From: Podarcis filfolensis
Lineage: Eukaryota
NCBI GenBank assembly: GCA_964270895.1
Contig: OZ185437.1
DNA: 64,000 nt
Reading direction: 5' to 3' (one strand)
Numbering within the stretch: position 1 is the stretch's first letter; the number at the start of each line of letters is the position of its first letter. This document shows positions 23,134 to 35,826 of the stretch, piece by piece. The notes below the pieces were generated by a model. The model made no database searches and was not told the origin of the DNA. It saw only the letters and a program-made list of their open reading frames with translations. The translations under genes were made by a program, and so were the position numbers.

Positions 23134-23437
23134 CTGTAGGAGATTCACAAGGTTAAGAGATCTGCTTATAATAATACTATCGGTACACCTCCGTCAGTAT
23201 ATAGTGGATCACGGCAATTTCCAAATGCTGCAGCTTTTGCGGAAAGTTTATTTATTTATCTGGCAATGCCTCTTGCTTGTATGAACAGAGGATAGAGAAC
23301 ATGCGTAAAAATGTACTGAGGGTTTACATTTTGCACTATTATTGCAGTATACAGTCTGCCTCTCTCTTTTTTGAGTCAGAATGCTTTTCTTTCTCAAATG
23401 AGCTAAAGAAGTGTGCAGAAAACAAAAGTCCAAATAC

Positions 23438-23553
23438 CTCAGGATAATCCACTGCTCAGTCAAGGCAGTGAGGGAGCTCCTCTGCTTGACAAGCATCTTC
23501 ATAAGGTGTGCTGTGAATCCTTTGCATCGCTCAACGGTGCCCAGTCCAATTTC
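23438..23553 (-). CDS. MDN1: MDN1 exon w49 (linker)
   Basis: EIGLGTVERCKGFTAHLMKMLVKQR...EQWIIL; CAG/GTATTT. Confidence 0.95.
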
Positions 23554-24365
23554 CTGCAGTGTGACAAGGTAGCACTTTTCACTCCTGTGTAATGGTTGCC
23601 ATAATAATGTGGCCCCCCACCCAACTGCTACTAGGCAAATCCATGGAACTCTGCCTACGCCTTGACAATGAAAGATGCATGGAACGCATACAAACTACTG
23701 TGCAGCCCCATCTAACATTATGCTTGTTCACTCAAAACTAACTCCCGCTATATTCAAAGGTGCTTATGCCCAGGTAAACGTGCACAGGATTACAGCCTTT
23801 GGATACTTTTCAGGCAAGTAACATACCCAGAAAACAAGATTTGAAAGCCTATGCATAAAAAGATCAAAACAGCACAAACGCGCTTTGAAAACAAATTCCT
23901 ATCGTAGCAACTTTAATGGGAGTTTTAAGAGCTGTGGATGATCAGGACTGAAAGTGCTAAATCAGGGAGGAAAGCAGGATCCCCACAACATTCCAGCTGT
24001 GGAATGCTCTCCCTGGAGAGATATGCCCAGCACCATCCCTATCAACCTTTAGCCACATGAAGATGCTACTAAGCACCTAGGCATTTTACTCATAACTGGT
24101 GTTTATATTGTGCTCTCACGCAATGTATTTTTATGTTGTGAACCACCCTGTGAAGGGCGGTATACAAATTTAATAGATAACGATAGCAGCAGCAGCAGCG
24201 GCAGCAGCAATTCATCTGTTAGTAGGATGTGTCCTTTTTATGCTATGAGGACTAGAGCTGTCAGTAAATGCCTAGCTAGGTGAAATGCTTGTTCTCTGAT
24301 CAGCTAGTTTATATGCTACCATTTTTATTTTACATCAGTGTCACCTCCACTTTCTCCAAGGTATA

Positions 24366-24598
24366 CAGTGGTACCTCGTTTTTCAAACGTAATCCACTCC
24401 GGAAGACTTCTGAAACGTTCGAAAACTGAAAACTCATCGCCAACAGCGAGGTCTCAGGATCTTGCACTCAGCGGAAGCCGCGTGGCATGTTCGACTTCCA
24501 AGATGTGTATGAAAACCAAAGCATTTACTTCCAGGTTTACGGCGTTCGAAAACCGAAATGTTCGTCAACAGAGACATTAAAAAACCAAGGTATCACTG
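24366..24598. mobile_element. Tc1/mariner (pogo/Tigger-like) MITE, 233 bp
   Basis: TIRs CAGTGGTACCTCG / CCAAGGTATCACTG with TA duplication at 24364-5 and 24599-600. Confidence 0.8.
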
Positions 24599-24941
24599 TA
24601 CTGGAAAGTGTATTGGAAATTGGAAAGTGAACCTGACTCAATCCTACAATTTAGTGACTTGCCAAGGGTTTCTGAATTTGTCAAGGTTTGTAATTGGGTA
24701 CATTTGATAAGAAATATGATACATAAGTGACAAGTCTCGGTAGATTTACTGGTAGTTTACCTCTATTTATCTGCTCAACAACTACAATGTAGGCAGGTAT
24801 AAACATGCCTGAGAAAAAAACTATGTTGATTCGGAATAAAAAGCCAAATGTTTAGATGATGAATGATCCTGTCTTGCCTACTCAAAGCTTTTAAAAGGAG
24901 AAGATTTGAAATAAATCTCTAGTACTGAAGCTACTGTTTAC

Positions 24942-25047
24942 CTTTGAAGGTGCCAATAACGCTGTCTGAAGCCCACAGTGGCGTGCGAGAGACTGATAGA
25001 AGTATTTCTGGCATCCATCCCAGGACGAAGAGATCTCAGACAGCAAC
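24942..25047 (-). CDS. MDN1: MDN1 exon w48 (linker)
   Basis: LLSEISSSWDGCQKYFYQSLARH...LAPSK; CAG/GTAAAC. Confidence 0.95.
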
Positions 25048-25904
25048 CTGGAAAGCGTAAGACTTTTGTTCATCCGAGACAAAAATAAATAAATAAGCAA
25101 TTTCAAAGTCTTTCTATGACCACACAAACACAAAACGTGCATCAGTTCATCTTACCCATGCTTTTAGGCAGTCTTAACCGGCTTTACATTGCCTGCTTAA
25201 GGTATCAGTTTGGTAACCGATACTCCTGACGCTGTAATGCGTTTTTACTTAAGGCAATATCCGGATGTTTTTGTTCTGCTGGTTCCAGAAAATATCACGT
25301 TACACAATTTGCAAGTCGCTCCTTAAAATGAAAACCGAACGAACCAAGGGCCAAAGTAGATTCACCATTTGTCACCTTTGCAGAGCTGATTTTCCTTTGT
25401 AGCTGGTGGGAGGGAGGGCTCAAAGATGGAGTGATGTATTTGTCCTCCACCCCATGGTCCTGATCAGAATCGGGTTCCCCTCGATGTCTGCTGTTTGCAA
25501 GGGGAAGAAAGCAGCCACTGGCACAAATGGCGGCTTTCTTCCCACTACTAACAGGAGGGAAGCCACAACTCTTAACAGGGCTAATGGTTCAGGTCTCCCA
25601 CACAACAGTTACTTTTCTATTTCTTTAGGTTTTTAGGATAACCTAATTTATTTGCATTGTTGTTGTGCAATGTTATGTGCATTGATTTTTTCGTCCTTAT
25701 TAGTTCTGATTATTTATAAAGGTTTCTAATAGGTGCATAACAAATATTGTGCATCTGTTATGTTGTGAGCTACTTCGGGCACAATTTCTGTGGAAAAGTG
25801 GCATACCAATAAACAGACGAGGTAACGGTAATATTGGATTGAAAAACCCCAATTAGATACTTTTGGAGGTCAAAACTGTAGCTGCGGAAACAGAAAATAC
25901 ATAC

Positions 25905-26031
25905 GTTGCGTCCAGTTTCTGTGTGCAGTTAACCAAGGCTAATGCACTGCTCAAATCCAATGGGTGAAGGAAAAGCAGGTCCTGGGAAGTTTTTGAACGA
26001 GACCAAGCAAGGCCTTTGCGATATGACAACC
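25905..26031 (-). CDS. MDN1: MDN1 exon w47 (linker)
   Basis: LSYRKGLAWSRSK...LHPLDLSSAL...KLDA; CAG/GTATGT. Confidence 0.95.
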
Positions 26032-26250
26032 CTGGGAAGATATTTAAAATACATCTAACTTCAATTTTTCTTTTTGAGACTTGAAATAAACAACATGGAA
26101 GTTCTTTTTAGTGAGTCCATTCAGTCCTTTTCCTCTCCAACACCTAAGTGATGATGGCTGATATAGACGATTCTGAGAATTTAGCTTTAGTGGTTGAAAG
26201 GAGCAAAGAAAACAAGCGGCTATAACTAACCAGCAGAAATTGCTTTCAGA

Positions 26251-26434
26251 GCCAGTGTGGAGACCAGGATTCAGATCCCCACTGGGCCACAAAGCTCACC
26301 AGGGGACCTTGGGCCAGGCACTGCCTCTCAGCCTAACCTACCCCACAGGGTTCTTCAGAGTATTAAATGAAGAGGGTGGGGGACCATGTATGCCTTGGAT
26401 AGAAAGGTGGGATATAAATGCAATAAATAAATAA
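26251..26434 (+). mobile_element. CORE-type SINE fragment
   Basis: ctcagcctaacctaccccacagg core and aggtgggatataaatgcaataaataa tail shared with 18721. Confidence 0.55.
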
Positions 26435-26487
26435 TGAAAAGGTTCTGGACGCGATCCTTTCTGTGTGCATGGCTACAAAGCTGTGCA

Positions 26488-26490
<3 letters not shown>

Positions 26491-26520
<30 letters not shown>
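26491..26520. repeat. (GT)15 microsatellite
   Basis: Direct reading. Confidence 0.95.
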
Positions 26521-26525
<5 letters not shown>

Positions 26526-26762
26526 AATACAGTAAAAATTCATTCCACATTTCCAATTAGTATTCATTCTAACCCAATTGTACTACCTACCTCCCAGCTA
26601 TTATCATTTGGTACACTATACATGTGCCTATGGAGGTAAATCACGGGCAGTGCCAAACACACTCACATGGCATTTCGCTAGTTTGAGGGGTGGGAGTGGG
26701 GGTTACTGCTGCTTATTTTTTGTTTGTTGTCTCCAAAGAGTAGTAGTTCCAGCTCCTCTTAC

Positions 26763-26909
26763 CTGTATTAGCCAGGTTTTTAAAGAGCTCTGTTAGGGCC
26801 CTCTGCTTCTGCACGAGTAAATGTTTGGCCTCGGACTTCTGCCTTTCCTTGTCTGCAGCTGGATTTACAGACATATGCTGCAGCTCATGGGAAGAGGAAA
26901 TTACGTCAC
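26763..26909 (-). CDS. MDN1: MDN1 exon w46 (linker)
   Basis: DVISSSHELQ...SEAKHLLVQKQRALTELFKNLANT; CAG/GTAAGA. Confidence 0.95.
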
Positions 26910-27042
26910 CTGTAAAAAGGAGGAGCGCAGCAGAAAGCAATCTGTCAATCTATTAATTTCAGCACGTCTACTCAAACCCATCAATTCTTAAGAAAAACAA
27001 ATTACCTTCCTGTTGAATGTTACGCTGTAATAAAAGTTTTAC

Positions 27043-27199
27043 CTGTGAAATTGTCAAGGCTCTCCACCAGATCCAAGAACGAGTTGTTCTTCACTAGAGA
27101 TGTACAGATCTTCTCCATCCGCTTCGTAAGTTTGGGTAAGCGGCCCTGAAGGGACTCTGGGTGAAAAATGTCTCCCTGGATATCCTCTAAGTGAGCAGC
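27043..27199 (-). CDS. MDN1: MDN1 exon w45 (linker)
   Basis: AAHLEDIQG...RLPKLTKRMEKIC...LVESLDNFT; CAG/GTAAAA. Confidence 0.92.
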
Positions 27200-28302
27200 C
27201 TGCGGGGGAAACGTTCACAACAGGCAAAAGTCCAGGTGACTGAAATCCTTGTGCTTCTGGTAAGACTTATGGGACCTATCAGTACCAACTAGCCTAGAGA
27301 GTGAAGAATGGGACTTCAAACCTAACGGAGGGTAGCCATTGGGCCCTTTGGTCAGCTTCCCAAGGTGTCTGGCTGGTCACTACTGACGAAGGAAATACTG
27401 GCTTACACATACCTTGGCCTGTAATAACAGCCATATTACTGGGTCAATGGGTACTTACTGTGAGATGACAGAAGTCAGCCACAGAGGGTTATGTCGCATC
27501 CTACTAGCCTAGACAGGAAAATTCTATTGCAAACTTGAATGCAGCCACACCCCCTTCCAAGAGCTTCTCCAGTTTCCATTTCACAGAGAAGCTTGAAAGG
27601 ATGTCCCTGGAAGCCTTGGAGTCCTAACTGATAAGTATAAAAAAATTAAAAAAATAGCAACCAGGACTTTTGTCACCTTTCCAGTTATGCAGATAACAGA
27701 CAGATGAATAAGGCAGAGAGAGGCAACGCAGCCATCAGCAGCCTAAGAATGCATGCAGGGCGTGGTCCTCCCACTCATCAGAAAAAGATCCTTCTCAGAA
27801 AGCACCCAATGACCAGAGAAGAAAGCAGTCTGCAGAACCCTCTGTAAGAAGGCTGCCTCTATTTTGTAATCTTGGGCTGCCCTGAAGAGAGGGAGAAAAA
27901 AAGAAGTGCAAGCTCGGAGGTAGGGGGAAAGTCAAACACAGGATGGTGAAAGGACTTCTGCTAGTCTCGATAAGCAAAATAAACTTGAAAAAGTTAGGGG
28001 AGGATACAGCCTACCGATTTGCAAAAGAGTTTTCCTGTCTAGCCTGGTAGGGTGTGATGTAACCCCTCTGGGATTGGCTCCTGTGTCCATCAGGAAAAAA
28101 ACACACATTTGGTCACCTCTCAATGAAACACTAGGACGGCACTGAGAACAAAGTTTACGTTCCTGTTTCGCTGTTATCATTTCAAACATTTTGTCATATC
28201 ACGGTTACAACTAAGAGTGTTCCAATACGCAGCAAGGGAATCCAGCACTCAGGTTAAGAATGCCTACCATTCCATCTGAACGCAAATGAGAACTCCAGGT
28301 AC

Positions 28303-28498
28303 CTGAGCAGAATGGGACCTAGCAGTCAGTTTTTTTCTTAATATGTTGTTCAGGCTCTGAATTTTAGTTTCTTGGTTGCCCAATGTCTCTGCTTCCTGCA
28401 AAGAAGCAAGTTGCTCTTCTTTTGCTGTTTCCACCAAGGCAGAACGGCAGGGTTCATTGAGAGCAGCTTCAAATTTCTTCATAAACTTGAAAAGTGTC
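28303..28498 (-). CDS. MDN1: MDN1 exon w44 (linker)
   Basis: TLFKFMKKFEAALNEPCRS...RSHSAQ; TAG/GTACCT. Confidence 0.93.
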
Positions 28499-29071
28499 CT
28501 AAAACCCAGGAAAAGACAGGGATGAAAACAAGGACCATCAATATGGGTGAGCGCTCAAGCTCCACGACAATATGGTTAAAGGGGACTTAAAAAGTTAAAA
28601 ATCCACTTTGAGTGTATGCATATTAAGGTATCCAATGCAGTTATGGCAAAGCAGAATATCCTCAGTCACCACTATGCTATGGGAGTGTCAAAAGAAGAGG
28701 ATCCGGATACCAATATTGCATATTAGACACATGCAGGCCAGTCAGACAGATACTTTAACCCAAGCAAAATTTAACTCTATATTGGTAGCTAAGATTCATA
28801 CTGTCAATGACTGGCTCTGCAATCTCATAGTGAACAGAATCTTGGGACAATGTCTCAGGTGTATAATTTCGTTCTCCCACTACTGACTTATTTGCATTTA
28901 CCCTCCCCTTAACCATTCTCAGAGTGGGGTTTAAGGAAAAAAGTAAGAGGAGAGGAAAGAGGAGAGCAGTCCCCAGAGGACATGTTTCAAGCCCTCCGTC
29001 TCTGGGCCGATAACTGATATAATCCTCCTGATGCCCAAATGCCCAATATCTCATCAAAATTTCATACTTAC

Positions 29072-29145
29072 CTATGTGTCTTCTCCACAGACTGTTTTAT
29101 AGCCCAAAAGCTGACATCATTCCACTTAGAGATTTTTACAAATTC
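29072..29145 (-). CDS. MDN1: MDN1 exon w43 (linker)
   Basis: EFVKISKWNDVSFWAIKQSVEKTH; CAG/GTAAGT. Confidence 0.96.
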
Positions 29146-29333
29146 CTGAAAAATATTCAATTCAATAAACTATGATGTTTATTTTAAACAGAATGAAGAA
29201 TTGCTGAGAGGACATGTGCTTCTGGTTTGAAGAGATGTACTTAAAAAGCAGGGTAGGACCTAGCTATTTATTTGAACTAGCTTTACTTCCAACAACCAGA
29301 GAATACTATTACACCAAGAAATCTTGTTCTCAC

Positions 29334-29443
29334 CTTCAGTTCTTTTTCTATCGGATGCCGAAGTTCAGTCAGCCTGGTTTGGACACATTCTGAAAACTGC
29401 TTATAATAATTGTAGAGATTCCATAACACATTGCACAGCATGT
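29334..29443 (-). CDS. MDN1: MDN1 exon w42 (linker)
   Basis: MLCNVLWNLYNYYKQF...PIEKELK; CAG/GTGAGA. Confidence 0.95.
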
Positions 29444-30271
29444 CTGAAAAAGAGAATGGGTTTCATACAAAAATGCATCTTCGTCCGCACCTGAGGATTT
29501 AGGGATCTTAAAGGACATAGTAGTTCTGACTGAAACAGCATCTCTCTTTTATTAAATCTGTAGAAGTTTCAAGAAGTTGTTTATTTTTTTAATTCTACTG
29601 TATTGCTGCCTTGTTGTTTGCTTCCCTAGGTTCCTTTAGGAGGAAGGTCAGGGTAAAAAATTAATAAATTAATAATGAAAATCTGTTCAACGCCCCATTC
29701 CAATCAAGAGATTCCTTCAGGCAATTTTGCAAGGGGAAGACAAGCAAAGAGGTGTGGGAAAAGTTTTAATCTTCCATTCAGTGCTTTGCATAGAATAATC
29801 TACTTTGTCTTTTGGCAAGCTACAGGGGAGAACTGGGTTGAATACACCACACTGTAATTTTGCCAGTATCTTTCGGAGAAAACTTTCGATGTAAAATAAT
29901 AATAACTGGAAAATTTAGCTGAGCTCTATTAAATGTTAGGAATAATAATTCAACTGCGTGCAATAAAGAAAAGAAACATAAGCTCAAAGGTAGGCAGAAG
30001 GCAGATCTGGATCTGCTGGTAGATCTCCAGCTGATCCACAGTAGACTGGCTGGAGACAGAAACCCTTGGCAAACTGTTTAACAACAGCAACAACAGCAAG
30101 CTCTCCTGCTCCCAAAGCAGGCAGCTGAGATCAAGGAAAGCTGAGCACATGCTCAGAGCCACCCTGCTCTCTTTAATTCTGTGTGTGCATGCGTTCACCA
30201 CCCAGCGCTACCTGGTGGAGCTAAAGTACACCCCACAAGTCTGGCGTCTGGCTTTGGCCCATTTCACCTAC

Positions 30272-30409
30272 CATTTCCTTCCACCTGTGGCATCAGCAAG
30301 ACGTGGCAGTGGAATTCCAGCAGCATCTGAAGCCGTGTGTCAAACTCCCCCAATGTTGACCCTTCTATGAAAGCCTGCAGTGTGCCGAGCAGTGCTTTTA
30401 AATTCACAT
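30272..30409 (-). CDS. MDN1: MDN1 exon w41 (linker)
   Basis: VNLKALLGTLQAFIEGSTLGEFDTRLQMLLEFHCHVLLMPQVEGN; TAG/GTAGGT. Confidence 0.93.
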
Positions 30410-31368
30410 CTATCCATTTCATGAAGTTGAGATTGTAGGGAAGAAAAGGGGGGGGGGGGAGGACAAGATGGCATGTAAATTAATTTTTTACATTAAACAA
30501 CATCCATTATGGCCCTTTCAGAAGGAACTAACTCTGACACAGACAGAGGGCAGGCTCTGCCTCCCTAGAAACAAGCCTTAGTGCACAATGCAATGCAGGC
30601 TGCCTTTTACCTACAGTTAAGGAACTGTAATCCAGATGCAGGAATAATTGCTCCCTCCTCCAAGCCCTCCTGTCTCTGGAGGAAACTTCCCTCTCCTGCC
30701 GTAACAGTGGTTAAAGGGAACCAGTTCAATAAGAGGAGAAAAGACAACACCATAAACACATCATATTATTCATCTAATTCAATAGTATCTTTACTAACAG
30801 TTCACTTCACATTAAAGGAAAAGGTTGTATAGAGTCCACCAGACAGACAATAAAGGCATACGTCCTGCTCAGATGTGATCTTGCCTACTTCATAAAAGAT
30901 GTTTTTTTGGCACTGATAACAGGTGCTTGGTCTATACTGGGTTGTTTTCAGCTAGAGTTGCCCACTTGGGACGTCAATCTGGTTTAAAACAAGCCAAGGT
31001 TTGTGTGCCCTGTTTACAGAGCCATGGTTTCTGAAGTCAGCAGCGTTGTGGGCTAATGTGGCTTTTCACAGCTCTTGTGAACAGCAATACACAGTTGGAC
31101 TGCTCAACATTTCAATAATATAGGCAGTTACAAGATTTGCCTGTTAATCTTGAGAATCAAGATGGAAGAATACTTGATTTCTCCAATATGCTACATATTG
31201 AAAGAAGCTTTAAACTTGGCTATTGGACATGTAATAGAGAATTGCGAATGCAGATATAGATCATATACCATTTGTATTTTTATCAGTTTATAGAAATGTG
31301 TATCCTTGAGAGTATGCATTTCTATTAACAGCATGCATTTCTTTTACCACTCTTTTATCAATAGTTAC

Positions 31369-31493
31369 CTTCAGTTTTCTTCTGTGTCTGTTCTTGCCTA
31401 TATTTCTCAATCATCTGATAGATTGAAAACCAGTGTTTCATTGACTTTTCTGTGTGATGTTTCCTTGTGTTGTCCAGACTAACAGACCAACAG
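31369..31493 (-). CDS. MDN1: MDN1 exon w40 (linker)
   Basis: CWSVSLDNTRKHHTEKSMKHWFSIYQMIEK...KKTE; CAG/GTAACT. Confidence 0.93.
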
Positions 31494-32050
31494 CTGTCAA
31501 TGCAAGTGGAAAAAGAAAGACCTATTAATGAACATTAAATCTCGGAGCCCTATCACCACCCACCCATGCTTGCTTTTAGATCAATGGGTACACGTTTCTT
31601 AGAAAGCAGCCCAATTTTTACGACAACTATTTTTACAATACAGGTAAGGCTGTTATTTTTGCTCTGCACTAACATCAGTTCTGAAATATGAAAACTTAAA
31701 AACATCTGCATTAGTAAATAATCAGATTTTTAAAGAAGTGAATGTAGCACATTTATTTTGCATAAGCTGCTAGGTTATCTATATTTGAAAGAACAGGGAT
31801 TCTTCTTTGGCTAAGGATTGAAGAAAAATACAAAAAAAACCAAACCCACAGGGATCTAGAAGGTAGGAAATAGAAGACATGCTGGAACGTAGCAAGAAGC
31901 TGTGTAGACGAATGAAACTCCACATCTCTCCCTTCAATTTCTGAGCTTGCTCCAGTTGCTATGAGCAAACCCCTGATCTGGTTTGTCCCACCCCACCCCG
32001 GTCATTTACACTTGAAAATACTCAGCACAAAGGGAACTGACAGTACGTAC

Positions 32051-32145
32051 TTCAGTTCCAGTTTACGCCACTGGATGATCAGCTGAGTGACCAAATCCAG
32101 ATGTTTCCTAAGAGAGACAGCTCGACTAGCATTCTCCTCCCAATC
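32051..32145 (-). CDS. MDN1: MDN1 exon w39 (linker)
   Basis: DWEENASRAVSLRKHLDLVTQLIIQWRKLEL; TAG/GTACGT. Confidence 0.96.
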
Positions 32146-32404
32146 CTAGAAAAGGAAAAGATGCCTTTCAGACAAAAACTGAAATTATACATTTCAACGT
32201 TGATAAAAAAGTTGATTTGCTTGCCCATTATCTACACCTTTAAATTTAAAAATGCAATCACCTTCATTCAACAAATAAGTTTCCTTTATTAGTAAATTTG
32301 GTGTTTCCTATACTACTAAAAATCAGGTGTATTTCAGAAGTTTCTTAACTTCTTCTCACCTTTCTGGCTACACACAAACAACCACTTGCCCCCTGATTTC
32401 TTAC

Positions 32405-32500
32405 CTGGGACTTGGCCAGCAGAATTTCCAAGCCATTCAGGAACTTCGAAAGGGGACTGGAGAGTGGAAAACTACGGATTCTGTCCAGTACAACCAAAAG
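32405..32500 (-). CDS. MDN1: MDN1 exon w38 (linker)
   Basis: LLVVLDRIRSFPLSSPLSKFLNGLEILLAKSQ; CAG/GTAAGA. Confidence 0.96.
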
Positions 32501-32812
32501 CTGCAAAATGAAAGACAATCAGTGCTTCTGGCAGTCGCTTTCTAAAGCTTAAAACTAATCAACAACAGAACTTTTAATTTCATATTGCATTGCAAGATCT
32601 CATCTCTTCTGCTAATAGCAGATACAACGTTCATCTGTCACATATAGCTGAACATACTAACAAATTTAGGGGATTAGCAGTATGCTTGTCTCTGTGGAAG
32701 GTGCTATCCATACAAAGCCTTAACATGTAAGGAATCCTAGGTCAAAGCAAATATAAATTGAACTCTGGTTATTTTAGCTACTGCTTCAGTTCCTGAAAGT
32801 CTAGACTCTTAC

Positions 32813-33048
32813 CTGGACAAGCGCAGGGTGGTCTGGCCATTCTTGCAATAGTGCTTTCACCTCTTTTGTGAAGTTTTCAAGAACATGTTGACACTGTTGC
32901 ACTTGCTGAATATTAGGATGGTGATAAAAGTCATACGGCCCTTCGTTTTGCAGGACTAGTTCTGAAGCCCCCTGTTCAAAAAGTGTATTGTGCAGTATCG
33001 TGCTAGCTAGAAGTTGGCTGCCATGGAGATTATCGTTCATTTCAGAAC
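32813..33048 (-). CDS. MDN1: MDN1 exon w37 (linker)
   Basis: SEMNDNLHGSQLLA...GPYDFYHHPN...WPDHPALVQ; TAG/GTAAGA. Confidence 0.95.
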
Positions 33049-33858
33049 CTATGATTTGGCCGTCCAGGGGGCAAGAAGAGAAACAAAGTCATTAAGGCAA
33101 TAAAGCTTTCCTTATCTTTTAAAACAGCACATTGATTAAGACAGTAAAGGATAAGCTCAGAGACAAATGTGTTGTGTCTTAGAGCAACTGTTTTGCACAG
33201 CCCAACACTATATAAAGTGATAGCTCACTCCAAAAGCCTCCGTGAGTATCTACTTCTGAGGCACTTAAGACCGGAATGTTTAATTCTAGGAAGAATAACC
33301 TAGAATGCCTTTCTACCAATACCCTCTGCACAGCAAATCAACAAGATCACACGGAAAGTTTCAATAAATGACCACCCACACCCTAGAGGCTGTCCAAGTT
33401 CAATTATACAAGGCTTTCTTTTGCTTTATTACTATGTTTTTAGTGTCATTTAGATTCTTGAATAAAGAGCAGAACCAAACACACTACTTTCCCTCAGTGG
33501 AAACGCATCATGCTATTTAAAAGTAGGAGATTCCATTTACCCATAGCAATAAAATCTCACCTACCCTATAGCCTTCAGTAGTATTCTACACATACAACTA
33601 ACCCTAACCCAAACTGGATTATGCTCATTATTTAAGCAGGGAAATGAGAGACCACTTATTTAAGCTACGTTGGCCTTTTAAGGCTCAAGCTAAGTATATC
33701 AAACGTGAGTGGGAAAATGGGTTTCTGAATACAAACAACAAAGAAGTCGTGAAGTGGTAGGTGCAACTGCAATGGGACTGTTTTAGAGAACATAGCTCCT
33801 CAGATGTAGCCAAGGCTAAACATTTCAGTTTATTCTGTCTACTTATTTTTTAGAGATA

Positions 33859-34085
33859 CAGTCGTACATCAGAAGTCAGATGGAATCTGTTCCGGAAGTC
33901 CGTTTGACTTCCAAAACGTCTGAAAACCAGGGCACAGCTTCTTCCAATCGGAAGCCGCAGAAGCCCTGTCGGAAGTTCAGTTTCCGAAAGAATGTTCGAA
34001 AACCGGAACACTCACTTCTGGGTTTTGATCGTTCAGGAGCCAAAACGTTTGAGAACTAGGCTTTTCAAAAACCAAGGTACAACTG
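33859..34085. mobile_element. Tc1/mariner (pogo/Tigger-like) MITE, 227 bp
   Basis: TIRs CAGTCGTACATC / CCAAGGTACAACTG with flanking TA; internal motifs shared with 24366 copy. Confidence 0.75.
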
Positions 34086-34416
34086 TACATACTTCAACAA
34101 CCATTAGCGGTAGACACACAGGATTTTAAAATCACAGCTGCGGTCTTTGAATGATGGTTCCATGGAAGCTCACCTGGGGTTCCTTAACAAGAAGACAGCT
34201 TGCCCATTATTAATGGCCTCACCCTGCCGTGTTCAAATGGCAGGGCAGCGCTGGGTATGCTGCAGGGAGCACTTTAGCTTATGTAAGAGATAGGAAGGTG
34301 CCACACACACTTGTGCAACATATTGGAGGGGGGATTCTATGGCTCCCTCAAAAGGATGGGGATTCTCTGGCCACTGAAGCACAGCATACTTGAAAGCTCA
34401 AACGAAAAATCCTTAC

Positions 34417-34690
34417 CAATCAAAGGATAGAAGTGAGCTACCAGCGAAGCACCAGTCTGGTAACAGGAAAGGAATGTATTCAAATGATGTTTCGCCTGAT
34501 GGGAGGACAGGCTTTGCTGATACCACAAGGACCGAGCAAAGTAAAGGCACAGCTGCTGATGAATCGTCATGACTGTTTTCATTGAGTGATGAGAAAGAAG
34601 GGCTTTTTCACAAACTGCTTCCTTTTCTAAACCGTCATTCATTTCCATTTTCCCCTCAAGGCTCGCCTCTGCTGTAATATCTTCAAAATC
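34417..34690 (-). CDS. MDN1: MDN1 exon w36 (linker)
   Basis: DFEDIT...IHQQLCLYFARSLWYQQ...AHFYPLI; CAG/GTAAGG. Confidence 0.95.
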
Positions 34691-35664
34691 CTGCAAATCG
34701 TATTGAAAGGTGTATTTGGTGACAACTTGCAGCACTGTATTTTAAGATCAGCAGCAAAGCTCACCAATTTCAAAGGACACACTTGCATGGAACAAGGCAG
34801 GCTGGTAAGAACCGCCATGACTGCTTACTATGCAGCTCTTCTGAACATGGGGAACCAGTTGTATGCACCCTCAGGTCGTCTAGCGAGCCAGGCTTTACTA
34901 AAGATCCTGTTTCATCTGAGAAGTTGCAGGAACACAACTGGGCTCCCCACACACATCCAGGTAGGAAGCAAAAAAGAGGCCACCTCTCTGTGGCAATAGA
35001 GGAACTATATTGTAAGTTTTGCCATAGCACTGCAGCTGTATTATCTGCTCTGTATTCTATTAGGAATCTTCTTTATGGTGTTAGTAAAAAAAATGCTTGT
35101 ACGATAATTGTATATTTTATAATTATTTGCAACATAATATATTTTATTCCTCTTTCCAAGCCTCTTTGTTCTATTATCCTGACTCCTACACTAATATTTT
35201 TACTGTTTTCAAAAAAAGAAAACACAAGCAACAGCACTACAACCAAAAGCAAGCAGGACTCAATTTGGTAACTGAAGGCTTATTTCCCTGGCTCTGTTTC
35301 ATAACACAGTCCCCCCCCCCATTTACCATTCAAATCTCTATAAACACTTTCCTTGGATGTGCAGAGAGCTTTTTCAGTCTTTACACTGTGTATTCTCCCA
35401 ACAAGAACAAATAACGTCACAATGGCTCATTGAAAACAAAGCGGAAATGTGAACTTAGGATTCTGGAAGTTAGGCTACTGGACATACTGACTTCCAGTGA
35501 AATTAAAAACATTTTCAGGTTCTGCCCCTATCCCATTTCATCCAGTTCCCAGCTGCCACACTATTGATACTTCAGTATTTCTTTCTGAATATGTAAACTC
35601 CTGCACAAACACAAACAGAATAAAGTTCCGTACGCAATTTCTGATTAAAGCAGAAGTTGTTTAC

Positions 35665-35826
35665 CTTCTCATGCAGAGGGAATTTCCTCCTGAACTCTCT
35701 CTCTTCCTCCTCCTCTTCACTGAGGCCACTCCCATGGCTCTTGGTTCTGTATCTGTAAAGACTGTTCTTCTGTTCCTCCTCTTCCTGGGCCTGGCGCTCT
35801 TGTTCATCCCATTCATTTATAATTAC
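35665..35826 (-). CDS. MDN1: MDN1 exon w35 (linker)
   Basis: VIINEWDEQER...LYRYR...EEREFRRKFPLHEK; TAG/GTAAAC. Confidence 0.95.

Noticed and set aside
34703-35271. Overlapping plus-strand ORFs (98 aa and 162 aa)
   Set aside because: No recognisable domain. The 3' half runs through AT-rich low-complexity intron. Consistent with chance ORFs.
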